A stretch of 64,000 bases of DNA from an uncultured delta proteobacterium (GTDB lineage: Bacteria > Desulfobacterota > Binatia > Binatales > Binataceae): contig CAVZGB010000015.1 of NCBI GenBank assembly GCA_963774665.1, positions 68,823 through 132,822 of the forward strand, given 5' to 3'. The notes below the pieces were generated by a model that did no database searches, was not told the origin of the DNA, and saw only the letters and a program-made list of their open reading frames with translations. The position numbers and the translations under genes are program-made. Below are positions 27,187 through 36,804 of the stretch, piece after piece. Within the stretch, counting starts at the first letter, position 1. Every line of letters starts with the position of its first letter.

Positions 27187-28103
27187 GAGATTCTTACTCG
27201 CGGATCGACCATCGCATAAACCAGGTCGGTCGCCATGTTCACCACGACGTAAGTCATCGCGAACGTGAGGACGCATCCCTCGACGACAGGATAGTCGCGC
27301 GCACCGATCGCGGTGATGAGCAGTCGGCCGATCCCCGGCCACGAAAAAATTATCTCGGTGATAAGCGTGCCGCTCAGCAGCGCGCCCATCTGAAGCCCGA
27401 TGATCGTGACGACGGATGTGAGCGCGTTCTTGAGGCCGTGGCGAAAGAGGGCGGCGCTCGCGCTCAATCCCTTGCTGAGCGCGGTGCGCATGTAGTCGCT
27501 CTCGCGCACGCGAATCAGGCTCTGGCGCAGCATCCGCGCGAGGATCGCGGCCAGCGCGGTGCCAAGTGTGATTGCGGGCAGGACGAGATGCGCGATTCCG
27601 CCGCGGCCGGTCAGCGGCAGCCAGCGCAAATCCAGTGAAAACAAAATCATGAGCAACGGGCCGAGGTAGATGTGTGGAACCGAAATGCCAACGATCGCAA
27701 ATCCCATCGCGCTCAGATCGCCGGCGCCGCCAGGATTCGAGCCCGCAATGATTCCCAGCGGGAATGCCAACAGAATAGCGACGAGCATTCCTGCCGCGGC
27801 GAGTTCGATCGTTGCGGGGAAACGTTCAGCGATGAGGCGCGCGACGGGCTTGCGATACGAAATCGACTCGCCCAAATCACCGACGGCGAGTCCGCCCAGA
27901 TACGACGCGTACTGCGCAAAGAGAGGGCGGTCGAGGCCGAGCTGACGGCGCATCCCGACGATGTCGGCGGGCGCGGCGGTCTCGCCGAGCATCGCGATCA
28001 CTGGATCGCCGGGCACCAGGTGGATGATCGCGAATGTCAGCGTCGCGACACCAATCGCGACAGGTACCAGCGCGAGCAGCCGCCGCATGAGATGTTTGAT
28101 CAC
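27183..28103 (-). CDS. ABC transporter permease (DppB/OppB-like)
   Basis: MRRLLALVPVAIGVATLTF N-terminus ... IVGISVPHIYLGPLLMILFSLDLRWLP. Start at GTG 28103 or ATG 28088. Confidence 0.8.
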   Translation of the reverse strand: MIKHLMRRLLALVPVAIGVATLTFAIIHLVPGDPVIAMLGETAAPADIVGMRRQLGLDRPLFAQYASYLGGLAVGDLGESISYRKPVARLIAERFPATIELAAAGMLVAILLAFPLGIIAGSNPGGAGDLSAMGFAIVGISVPHIYLGPLLMILFSLDLRWLPLTGRGGIAHLVLPAITLGTALAAILARMLRQSLIRVRESDYMRTALSKGLSASAALFRHGLKNALTSVVTIIGLQMGALLSGTLITEIIFSWPGIGRLLITAIGARDYPVVEGCVLTFAMTYVVVNMATDLVYAMVDPRVRIS

Positions 28104-29683
28104 TTCACCATTGCGACGGGTTGTCCGCCGCCGCCGGGTACAGCGAGCTTCAGTGTCGCGAGCGAGCGGAGGCTGCCGTTCGGATACGCCTCGAAGCCCA
28201 CCAGTCGTCGATTCATCACGGCGACGTTGTCGACCCACCACAGCGACACATACGGCAGTTCATCGGCGGCGAGTTGCTGCACCTGCGCGTAGATTTTTTT
28301 CCGAGCCTCGGGATCGACAGTAGTTTTTCCCGCTTCGACGAGACGGTCCATCTGCAGGATTTGAATAGTAGCCACGATTTTCTCCGTGCGGCGGCGTCTT
28401 CTTCGAATCGAACACTCTGTAGTACTGGTTCGGATCGTTGATACCGACCCATTGCAGCGACGTCAGATCGAAGTTACCGGCCTGGATATCGGCATAGTAG
28501 GTAGCAAACTCGAGCGTGCGTATAGTCACTTCGATACCCACTCGCTTAAGCATCGCTTGAAAGATTTCGCCCATCCGCGCCGTTTCGGCAGACGCCTTTA
28601 ATTCGAATCGAAGGCCGCGCATCCCATCTTTGCCGACAGGATAGCCCGCTTGATCGAGAAGCTGGCGTGCCTTTTCCGGGTCATACGGATAGGTAGTGAC
28701 ATTGCCTTCGTACGCCCAACTCTCAGGCGAGAGCATGCCAGTAGCTATTCGCCCATTACCAAGCAAGACGCTACTGACTATTGCATTGCGGTCAATCGCG
28801 TAGGCGATCGCGCGCCGCACACGCAGATCGCGTAACAGTGGATTTCGAAAATTGAAAGCCAGATATCGATAGGTGCTACCCGGCGTCTTGCTGATCTCGA
28901 GCGATCGATGTGCAGCAAGCCACGGCAAGACGTCGTTCTGGATGTTATTCCCCGAGAGATCGCAGACGCCTTCTGCCAGTTCGAGCGCACGCACTGTGGG
29001 GTCGGGTACTATTTTGAAAAGGATCGACTGGGCCGCGTCTGGCAGGATGCGGATAGTACGGACTGCGCTCAAGCTGCAAGAATTCGTCGCGCGAGTAGGC
29101 GACCATCTTGAAAGGGCCGCTGCCCACCGGCGCGGCGCCGCTCGCTTGCGCTGGCATAGGAGTCCCAACTGGCACGATGCCCTCAGTCGCAATCTCGACT
29201 GCGGGCGCATACTGGATGTGCCACGGTTATGACAACCGTGTAATCGTCGGGCGCCTCGATTGATTTCAACTCCTCGAGACTGGCGCGCTTAGGCGACATC
29301 GATTCGGGAGCGAGTATCGAGTTGTAGGTGAACAGCACATCGCGTGCCGTAAGTTCCCGACCGTCGCTGAAGCGCACTCCGTGATTGAGATGGTAGACGG
29401 TCCTGGTTGGGGAGGGATGCTCAATGCTTTGCGCAAGACGATTCTCGAACTGGCCGTTGCGATCGTTCCTAACGAGAGAATCGAAAATCAGTTCGTTGAC
29501 GCGCGAGGAAGTCGCGTCGGTGCCAAAACGCGGGTCGGTCGACGTCGGCGAGGTCTCGAGATCGACCTGGATCGTTCCGGGCGAACGATCGCTGCGACGA
29601 CTATCGCATCCCGCGAGCGCGACGAGCGCCGCAGTAATCTGCGTGAGCAATAGGAGCCGCCGGGTTGTCTTCCGCGTCCACAC
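28100..29683 (-). pseudogene. ABC transporter substrate-binding protein (family 5, lipoprotein signal LVALAGC), fragmented by at least 3 frameshifts
   Basis: Four consecutive ORF pieces in different frames read as one family-5 substrate-binding protein: 29183..29683 (signal plus N-terminus), 28945..29175 (PVGSGPFKMVAYSRDEFLQLERSPYY), 28260..about 29060 (middle), and 28100..28375 (C-terminus ...LPYVSLWWVDNVAV). No ATPase genes follow the permeases. Confidence 0.6.
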
Positions 29684-29701
29684 CGTTGGCGCGATAATAA
29701 C

Positions 29702-30229
29702 ATGACGATGAGTAAAAATTGGCGCGACAAGATTACTTTGCGGCAGGGCGACCTGACGGAAGCGGACGTTGACGCGATCGTGAACGCCGCGAACAACGAC
29801 CTGATGTTGGGCGGCGGCGTAGCGGGCGCGATTCGCGTCAAAGGCGGTCCGGCGATTCAGCAGGAGTGCGACAGGATAGGCACAATTCCTCTCGGTGAGG
29901 CAGCGATCACGGGCGCAGGACTGCTGCGCGCGCGGCACGTGATTCACGCGGCGAGTATGCGGCTGGGAGAATCGACATCGGAGGCGAATCTACGCGCGGC
30001 GGCCCGCAACTCGCTGATGCGCGCCAACGAGAACTCGCTCAAGACGATCGCGTTTCCAGCGATTGGTACCGGCATCGCAGGTTTCCCAATCGAGCGATGC
30101 GCCCAGGTGATGCTCGAGGAAGTGCGCGCGCATCTCAATGGTACGACGGCGCTGGAGCGAATCGAATTCGTGCTGTTCGACCGCCGCTCGCTTGAGGTAT
30201 TCGAGCGAGTGCTCGCAGACATGCAATAG
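29702..30229 (+). CDS. macro-domain protein (O-acetyl-ADP-ribose deacetylase/ADP-ribose-binding, YmdB-like)
   Basis: 175 aa with DVDAIVNAANNDLMLGGGVAGAI and GFPAIGTGIAGFP motifs. Confidence 0.85.
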   Translation: MTMSKNWRDKITLRQGDLTEADVDAIVNAANNDLMLGGGVAGAIRVKGGPAIQQECDRIGTIPLGEAAITGAGLLRARHVIHAASMRLGESTSEANLRAAARNSLMRANENSLKTIAFPAIGTGIAGFPIERCAQVMLEEVRAHLNGTTALERIEFVLFDRRSLEVFERVLADMQ

Positions 30230-31834
30230 CTAGTGCGCGGCCATGCCGCCGGCTGGTTGCGCGCGACGCAATAGTAAGAAGGTCGGAATCAGAATCATCA
30301 TTACAATAGCCAGTGTGCGGTAGATGTCGTTGAACGACAGCATCATCGCCTGGCGCTGAATCATCGCGTACACCATCCCAAGCCCCTGCTTCTGGCCGGT
30401 GAGCATTTGCGGCATATAGTCAAAACTGCGCGCGCCGGGAGTGAGCCGCGCAGCATCGCTCATTTTCCATGCGTCGAAAACTGTGAAATGAGCGACCAGG
30501 TACGACTGATGGGTCTGCTCATGATTCACGAGCACCGTCGTCATGTACGAAATGCCGATCGCGGCCCCCGTGTTGCGCATCATGTTGTAGAGGCTCGCGG
30601 CGTAGCCGACGCGCTCGCGGCTGACGCATGAAAGCGTGGTGGCTGACAGGGTAGGGAAGATCATGCCCATCCCGACGCCCATGACGAGGCTCGGCCACGT
30701 CACCGTCCAGGTGCTCACCTGAGTGTTCCAGCCCGCCATCTGCCACAGTGCAACTGCCATGATGACGAAGCCGACGCCGATCAGCGGGCGCGTGTCGTAA
30801 CGGTAGCGCGCGAGCTGCCCTACGATCAGCATCGCCGCCATCGTGCCGAGCCCTCGTGGAGCGAGCACCAGGCCGGCCTTCCACGCGCTGTAGCCCATGA
30901 CTTCCTGCAGAAAAATCGGATTCAACAGACCGGTGCCGAACAGCGCGAAACTCATCGCGACCATAAGCATCACGGACATCGTGAAGACGGGAATTCCGAG
31001 GATTGAAAGATCGAGAATCGGATCCGGCGTGCGCAACTCGTTGATCGTAAGTCCGATGATGCAGAGCGCTGCGAAAATCGTGCACCAAACAACCCACGGC
31101 GAACTGAACCAATCGGCGCGCTGTCCGCGATCGAGTACGAGCTGCGCCAGGCCGAGCCCGACGACCAGCAGTATGATGCCGGTGTAATCGGTTTTGCCGC
31201 CCTTGGCGCGGCGGTTGCGCAAGTAAGCGGGATCGTGGACGAACGTCCAGACCATCAGGAACGCGGCAGCTCCAATCGGCAGGTTGATGTAAAAATTCCA
31301 GCGCCAGTTCCAATTGTCGGTGATCCATCCGCCTAGCGTCGGCCCCATGATCGGCGCGACCATCAGGCCCATGCCCCACGTCGCCATCGCGAGCTGCTGT
31401 TCGTTGGGCGGGAAGGTTTCCATCAGGATCGCCTGCGACGACGGAACCATCGCAGCGCCCGCCGCACCCTGTATCAATCGGAAGACGACCATCTGATCCA
31501 GCGATCGAGCTGCGCCGCACAGTCCCGACGCCGCGACGAACACCGCGACCGACATCAGGAAGTAGCGCTTGCGGCCGAAGCGCGACGAGATCCACCCCGT
31601 CATCGGAATCATGATGCCGTTGGCGACCAGGTAGCTGGTGAGCACCCACGCGATCTCGTCGACGCTCGCAGAAAAGCTGCCCTGCATATGCGGCAGCGCG
31701 ACGTTGACGATCGACGTGTCGAGGACCTCGAGCGTCGTGCCGAGCATCACGGCCAGCGCGATCAGCCACTTATGGCTGGAAGATCCGTACTCGGGAAAGT
31801 CGGTTCCAATCGGGGTTGAGGCTGCGACTGCCAA
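30230..31834 (-). CDS. MFS transporter, DHA2 (EmrB/QacA) family, 14 TMS
   Basis: 534 aa with LDTSIVNVALP, motif A GWISSRFGRKR and a typical DHA2 C-terminus. The start is TTG per the track. An out-of-frame ATG at 31859 precedes a T6 run. Confidence 0.85.
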   Translation of the reverse strand: MAVAASTPIGTDFPEYGSSSHKWLIALAVMLGTTLEVLDTSIVNVALPHMQGSFSASVDEIAWVLTSYLVANGIMIPMTGWISSRFGRKRYFLMSVAVFVAASGLCGAARSLDQMVVFRLIQGAAGAAMVPSSQAILMETFPPNEQQLAMATWGMGLMVAPIMGPTLGGWITDNWNWRWNFYINLPIGAAAFLMVWTFVHDPAYLRNRRAKGGKTDYTGIILLVVGLGLAQLVLDRGQRADWFSSPWVVWCTIFAALCIIGLTINELRTPDPILDLSILGIPVFTMSVMLMVAMSFALFGTGLLNPIFLQEVMGYSAWKAGLVLAPRGLGTMAAMLIVGQLARYRYDTRPLIGVGFVIMAVALWQMAGWNTQVSTWTVTWPSLVMGVGMGMIFPTLSATTLSCVSRERVGYAASLYNMMRNTGAAIGISYMTTVLVNHEQTHQSYLVAHFTVFDAWKMSDAARLTPGARSFDYMPQMLTGQKQGLGMVYAMIQRQAMMLSFNDIYRTLAIVMMILIPTFLLLRRAQPAGGMAAH

Positions 31835-32007
31835 AAAATTCGTCCGTGCGGCGTGCTCATTTCAGATTAGACGCGATGGATTTCCGATGATACCGCGAAC
31901 ACAAATTCGACACGCGGTGTTCATCGGGTGGTAACGCGGGTACGCTTCTAATCGTCATTGGGTGAGTGCGCGAATTCTTTACCGCGCGGGTGCGGATGTG
32001 GGGCAAC

Positions 32008-33561
32008 ATGGATGACATCGAGCGCCTGGGACGTTACCTTCTAACGATGCGGCTGGGCGCCATCGACGTCGGATCCAACTCCGTACATATGATCGTGGCC
32101 GACGTTAGCCGTGAGGGCCACCTCGAGGTCGTGGACCGCGTCAAGGAGATGGTGCGGCTGGGCCGGCGCTCGTTCACAACGGGGCGCCTCACGACAGAAT
32201 CGATGGACCTCGCGGTGCGCGCGCTGATGAATTTCAAGCGGCTGCTGCGAGTGCGCCGCGTCGTCCGTCTGCGCGCGGTGGCTACCAGCGCGGTGCGCGA
32301 GGCGCGCAATCGGACAGAATTCATCCGCCGCATCAAGCGCGAGACCGGCCTCACCGTCGAAGTGATCTCCGGCCTCGACGAGGCTCGCCTGATCTTCCAG
32401 GCTGCTCGTCATGCGCTCGGCCTCGACGGCGGACCTCATCTGCTCGTCGACGTCGGCGGCGGCAGCGTGGAGTTGGTGCTGGTGCGCGACGGCAAGCCGC
32501 TGTGGATGCGCAGTGTGAAGCTGGGCGCCGCGCGTCTGGCCGAGCGGTTTCTGCTTGACGATCCCCCAACGCGCGATCAGTTGAGCAAGCTCGACGCGCA
32601 TCTCGAGCGCGTGATCGGCCCGTTGATGCGGAAGGCGCGGCGCGCAGGCGTAATCCGCGCAATCGGAACCTCGGGGACGATCAACACTCTGGTCGCGATG
32701 GCGCGATCGTCACGCGGCGAGGAGCTCGGCCGATTGCACGGCGCGAGCGCGTCGGCCGGCGAAATTTCCGATCTATCGCGCGACCTGGTCGAGGCCAACG
32801 CTGCGCTGCGCGTCGATCTCCCCGGAATGGATGCCAAGCGGGTCGACCTGATGCCGGCAGCCGCGACACTGGTGAACTTCATCCTGAAAAATTCTGGCGC
32901 GCCCGAGCTGGTCGCATGCACCTGGGCGCTACGCGAGGGCGTGCTGCTCGGGCTCGCGCACAAGATCGACTCGCGCTCCGCCGTCGACGCGCGTCGCCGA
33001 TCGGTCAACGCGCTGGCTGCTCGATTCACGGGCGCCAACGAGCACGGCAAACAGGTGGCGAAGCTTGCGCTGAAGCTCTTCGACGCGACCGCGCCGGTTT
33101 TGGGCCTGCCCAAGTCCTCGCGAGAACTCCTTGAATTCGGGGCTCTACTGCACGATATAGGCCACGCGATTGATCATGACCGGCATAATCGCCATTCTTA
33201 CTACCTGATTAAGAATGCGGAGCTGTTCGGCTTCGACACTGACGAAATCGAGGTCATCGCGCAGGCGGCTCGCGGGCATCGCAAGCAGGCCCCGAAACTC
33301 GATTCGCCGGATTTGAAATCGCTCAGCCCCGCCAAGCGCCGTGTGATCAGGGGCCTCGCCGCGATTCTCCGTGTCGCTGACGCGCTGGATCGAAGCCACT
33401 TCGGTGTGGTTAAGAATATTGAGGTCAGATATTCACCGGGCCGCGTAATCGTCGGAGTCGATTCGAAGCGCGAAAAGGCCGACCTCGAACTATGGACATG
33501 CGAGAGAAGGACCGACCTGTTATCGAGACTGCTGGATCGCCAGGTAGTCCTCCAGCGCTAG
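32008..33561 (+). CDS. Ppx/GppA-family phosphatase (exopolyphosphatase/guanosine pentaphosphate phosphohydrolase) with C-terminal HD domain
   Basis: AIDVGSNSVHMIVAD, VDVGGGSVEL, and an HD region (LLHDIGHAIDHDRHNRHSYYLI). The start is ambiguous (32008 or 32047). Confidence 0.8.
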   Translation: MDDIERLGRYLLTMRLGAIDVGSNSVHMIVADVSREGHLEVVDRVKEMVRLGRRSFTTGRLTTESMDLAVRALMNFKRLLRVRRVVRLRAVATSAVREARNRTEFIRRIKRETGLTVEVISGLDEARLIFQAARHALGLDGGPHLLVDVGGGSVELVLVRDGKPLWMRSVKLGAARLAERFLLDDPPTRDQLSKLDAHLERVIGPLMRKARRAGVIRAIGTSGTINTLVAMARSSRGEELGRLHGASASAGEISDLSRDLVEANAALRVDLPGMDAKRVDLMPAAATLVNFILKNSGAPELVACTWALREGVLLGLAHKIDSRSAVDARRRSVNALAARFTGANEHGKQVAKLALKLFDATAPVLGLPKSSRELLEFGALLHDIGHAIDHDRHNRHSYYLIKNAELFGFDTDEIEVIAQAARGHRKQAPKLDSPDLKSLSPAKRRVIRGLAAILRVADALDRSHFGVVKNIEVRYSPGRVIVGVDSKREKADLELWTCERRTDLLSRLLDRQVVLQR

Positions 33562-34355
33562 AGACGCCTGCCGCGGTTCCTTTGTCCAACGGCCACGCTC
33601 CATCCTCGACTTCGTCCAAGCCCGCAACTCGCACCGCGCCCAAGACTCTGCTCGAAACTCCGCATCCTTATAAGGGTCGTTTGATTTGCGTTGAGGGTAT
33701 CGACGGCTCGGGCAAATCGACGCAACTGCTGCTGCTCGAGCGATGGCTGCGAGCGCGCGGCTACCCGGTCCATTTCACGGAGTGGAACTCGTCGCGGCTG
33801 GTGCGTCGCTCGATGCAGCGCGGCAAGAAAAAGAATCTGCTGACGCCGACGACCTTCTCGCTCCTGCATGCGGTCGATTTCGCCGATCGGCTGACGTATC
33901 AGATCCTGCCGCCGCTGAAGGCCGGCATGATAGTGCTCGCCGACCGCTACGTTTACACCGCCTTTGCGCGTGACGTCGCGCGCGGCGTGCATCCCGATTG
34001 GGTCCGTGCCGTTTACAGCCCTGCGCTGCGGCCGGATTTGACGCTCTACTTCCGCGTGCCGATCGATATTTCGCTCGAACGCCTGCTGTCGGGACGCGCC
34101 AAGCTCAAGTACCATGAGGCCGGCATGGACGTGGGACTGTCAGCGGATCCCGTCGAGAGTTTCCGGATGTTCCAAAGCCGGGTGCTCGAAATATACGATC
34201 AACTGACGACCGAGTTTGGGATGCGCCCGATCGACGCGACGGCCGAAATCCCGAATCAGCAGAAGGTCGTGCGCACGATGGTCCAGGAAATTCTCAGTGA
34301 CTACGACCTCAAACGGGCGAACGGAAAAAATGGGTCCACACCGCAGCCGCGCTAA
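33492..34355 (+). CDS. thymidylate-kinase-like P-loop kinase with about 60-aa Pro/Ser/Thr-rich N-terminal extension
   Basis: CVEGIDGSGKST (Walker A), ADRYVYTAFA (DRY motif), LID-like region. Its 5' end overlaps the ppx 3' end. Confidence 0.75.
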   Translation: MDMREKDRPVIETAGSPGSPPALETPAAVPLSNGHAPSSTSSKPATRTAPKTLLETPHPYKGRLICVEGIDGSGKSTQLLLLERWLRARGYPVHFTEWNSSRLVRRSMQRGKKKNLLTPTTFSLLHAVDFADRLTYQILPPLKAGMIVLADRYVYTAFARDVARGVHPDWVRAVYSPALRPDLTLYFRVPIDISLERLLSGRAKLKYHEAGMDVGLSADPVESFRMFQSRVLEIYDQLTTEFGMRPIDATAEIPNQQKVVRTMVQEILSDYDLKRANGKNGSTPQPR

Positions 34356-35088
34356 ATCCTGGTACGGGCACGGCCTGCCGTACGTCGCGAAAAAACGCCT
34401 GCCCGGCCATCTGATCGCAATCGAAGGAACCGACGGCGTCGGTCGCTCGGCGCAAATCGAATTGCTCCGCCCATGGCTCGAGCTCGAAGGCTACGCCGTC
34501 AGCAACACCGGATGGACCCGCTCCCCCTTGCTCTCCGAGACCATCAACGAGGCCAAGGCGGGGCATCAGCTCACGGTAACGACCTTCTCGCTGCTCTATG
34601 CCGCGGATTTTGCAGATCGCCTCGAGCACGAAATCCTGCCGGCGCTGCAGGCGGGGTTCATCGTGATCGCGGATCGGTACATGTACACGGCGTTCGCGCG
34701 CAACTCCGTGATGGGCGCCGACCCGGATTGGACGCGCGAAGTCTTCGGCATGGCGCTCGTGCCCGACCTTGTCCTCTACCTCGACATCGACGTCGAGTCG
34801 CTCATTCCTCGCGTGATCATGGGCAAGGGGATGGACTACTGGGAATCCGGGATGCATCTCGCGCTCGGCACCGACCTGTTCGATTCGTTCGAGCATTACC
34901 AGGGCCGGCTGATAGACGAGTACCGGCGACTGTCCAGTGAGTTCGGTTTCGTCTCCGTCGATGCGCGCATGCCGATCGAGGAAGTTCAAAACGAGCTCAG
35001 AAAACACATTGCCGAATATTTGTCGCGCTCGAACAGTAAGTCTCATCCCGATACCGCCGAGAACGGAGTATCGACACGCAAGGAATAG
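34330..35088 (+). CDS. thymidylate-kinase-like paralog with a degenerate P-loop (GTDGVGRS; Lys to Arg, no GK[ST])
   Basis: AIEGTDGVGRSAQ ... ADRYMYTAFA. Overlaps the upstream paralog by 26 nt. 252 aa. Confidence 0.65.
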   Translation: MGPHRSRAKSWYGHGLPYVAKKRLPGHLIAIEGTDGVGRSAQIELLRPWLELEGYAVSNTGWTRSPLLSETINEAKAGHQLTVTTFSLLYAADFADRLEHEILPALQAGFIVIADRYMYTAFARNSVMGADPDWTREVFGMALVPDLVLYLDIDVESLIPRVIMGKGMDYWESGMHLALGTDLFDSFEHYQGRLIDEYRRLSSEFGFVSVDARMPIEEVQNELRKHIAEYLSRSNSKSHPDTAENGVSTRKE

Positions 35089-35093
35089 CAACG

Positions 35094-36194
35094 GTGGTAG
35101 ATGAGCCGCGCTCCGATGCACCGCCGCGCAAGGTGACGCTTTCCCCCGGGGAAACCGTAGCCGACGCCGCGCGCAAAGCGATCGCGTTAGGAGTCGAATC
35201 CCTGGTACGGCATCAGAGCGCGGCGGAGTCCGGAGAAGCGGAGCCGCTTCATCAACTTCGCGTCGCCACGCGGCGTCTGCGTGCCACGATCGAATTGTTC
35301 TCGAGCGTCATTTACGCCGCGCAGCTCAAAATCTTCCGGCGTGATCTTCCGTGGATTGGCAGCATGGCCGGCGGCGCCCGCGAATGCGACGTAACATCGG
35401 CCTTGATAACTGCTCGCGCTGCCAGAATCGATCCCGCTCTGAAAGACGCGATCGCGCCCATGATTGCGGCGCTCGGCGAAGGGCGACAGTCGGAGCACAC
35501 CCGGCTTCACGAGCTGCTGGCGTCGAAGCGTTATCGGGCTTTGCTCGCGAAACTGGCGCGGCCGGCGATCAAGAAAGTCGGCGCCGACCGCCGGCTGGGC
35601 ATCGTCGCCGCTCAATTGGTCCGTCCTGCTTCGCGCGGCGCAGCTCGCCTTGGTGGAAAACTCGCCGCCGACGCGCCGGATCCGGTTTTTCACAAGCTCC
35701 GCGTTCGCATCAAGCGTCTCCGCTACGAACTCGAGATGATTGCGCCGCTCGGCGCCAAGCGCCATCGAAAAACCCTGAGGCGGCTCGAGGAGCTGCAGGA
35801 ACTGCTCGGGACCTATCACGACGTATCGGTGGCATCGGCATGGCTGCTGTCGTATGCGGAAACGTCGTCGGCGCCGCCCAAAACGATGCTCGCGGCCGGC
35901 GCATTGATCCAGTCGCTGAGCAGCCGCGAAAGTAAATTGCGCAGACAATGCATGCGAGCGTGGCGGCGGTTCGAGCGCTCCGACGCGATGCACGACACGC
36001 TCGAGGAAATTCGGCGTGCCGGCAGATTGGCGCTGAAGCCTGTCAGCTCGCCTCCTCCAGTCAGTGAAAAAACTGAAAAGAGCGAGTTCGGTTCGCCGAA
36101 TCAGTCGCCGGTCGCGGACCCGGACCTCGAAGACGCACCGGATTCCAATCGCCACTCGATGCACTCGCATTCCGCAACGGAAACAAATCCATGA
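35094..36194 (+). CDS. CHAD-domain protein (conserved histidine alpha-helical domain; polyphosphate-granule associated family)
   Basis: LHQLRVATRRLRATIELF, FHKLRVRIKRLRYELE and YHDVSVA are repeats characteristic of CHAD. GTG start. Confidence 0.75.
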   Translation: MVDEPRSDAPPRKVTLSPGETVADAARKAIALGVESLVRHQSAAESGEAEPLHQLRVATRRLRATIELFSSVIYAAQLKIFRRDLPWIGSMAGGARECDVTSALITARAARIDPALKDAIAPMIAALGEGRQSEHTRLHELLASKRYRALLAKLARPAIKKVGADRRLGIVAAQLVRPASRGAARLGGKLAADAPDPVFHKLRVRIKRLRYELEMIAPLGAKRHRKTLRRLEELQELLGTYHDVSVASAWLLSYAETSSAPPKTMLAAGALIQSLSSRESKLRRQCMRAWRRFERSDAMHDTLEEIRRAGRLALKPVSSPPPVSEKTEKSEFGSPNQSPVADPDLEDAPDSNRHSMHSHSATETNP

Positions 36195-36691
36195 GGTTGT
36201 ACATTCTGCGTCACGCGACCGCCGAAGAGGCTGCTTCGAGCGGCGACGACGGCGCGCGCAAGCTGACTGAGCGCTCGAAGGAAAAAATGCGCGGAGCCGC
36301 TGCCGGCCTTCGTGCGATGGGCTTGAAGTTCCACGTGATACTGACCAGCCCACTCGCGCGCGCGGCCGAGACTGCCGAGATCGTTTCTGCGGCCTATGAG
36401 AACATCCCGCCGCCCCAGGTCCTGCCCGCGCTTGCGACGGGAGTAGCAGCGACCGACGCGGTGAACGCACTCCGCGCATTTTCAAAGCATGAGGACGTGA
36501 TGATCGTTGGTCACGAGCCTCAACTCAGCGCCGTCGCGTCGATTCTGCTGACGGGAGCAAGCGACGTCGTGCATCTGAAATTGAAAACCGGCGGATGTAT
36601 CGCGATCGACCTTCCCGCCCGCTTCGAACGCGGTGGCGGCGAGCTGCGCTGGATGCTAACCCATCGCCAACTCCGCACGATGCGCAAATAA
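36191..36691 (+). CDS. sixA: phosphohistidine phosphatase SixA-like (histidine phosphatase superfamily)
   Basis: LYILRHATAE (RHG-type motif) and a conserved His in VGHEPQL. 166 aa. ATGA overlap with the CHAD stop. Confidence 0.75.
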   Translation: MRLYILRHATAEEAASSGDDGARKLTERSKEKMRGAAAGLRAMGLKFHVILTSPLARAAETAEIVSAAYENIPPPQVLPALATGVAATDAVNALRAFSKHEDVMIVGHEPQLSAVASILLTGASDVVHLKLKTGGCIAIDLPARFERGGGELRWMLTHRQLRTMRK

Positions 36692-36695
36692 TCTT

Positions 36696-36790
36696 GGTTT
36701 CCCCTCTCCCAGTATGGGAGAGGATGAAGGTGAGGGTCCTTATGCAGCGCGCGATTTTTTTCGCGCGCGATTCAAGATTCTGTGCCCGCG
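36696..36790. repeat. composite REP-like element (family copy 5, long form); paralog of 18413-18510
   Basis: cccctctccc-agtat-gggagagg plus atgaaggtgagggtcc plus ...ttttttcgcgcgcgattcaagattc. It lies 5 nt after the sixA stop. Confidence 0.6.
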
Positions 36791-36804
36791 ATAAATCCGC
36801 GCGC

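Noticed and set aside
29702-30229. Macro-domain protein as part of a DarT/DarG-like toxin-antitoxin or defense pair
   Set aside because: It is a stand-alone YmdB-like macro domain at native GC content with no adjacent ADP-ribosyltransferase (DarT-like) gene. The neighbours are a decayed SBP gene and an MFS transporter.
35187-36485. 432-aa minus-strand ORF
   Set aside because: Antisense to the CHAD and SixA genes. Arg/Ser-rich with no domain signature.
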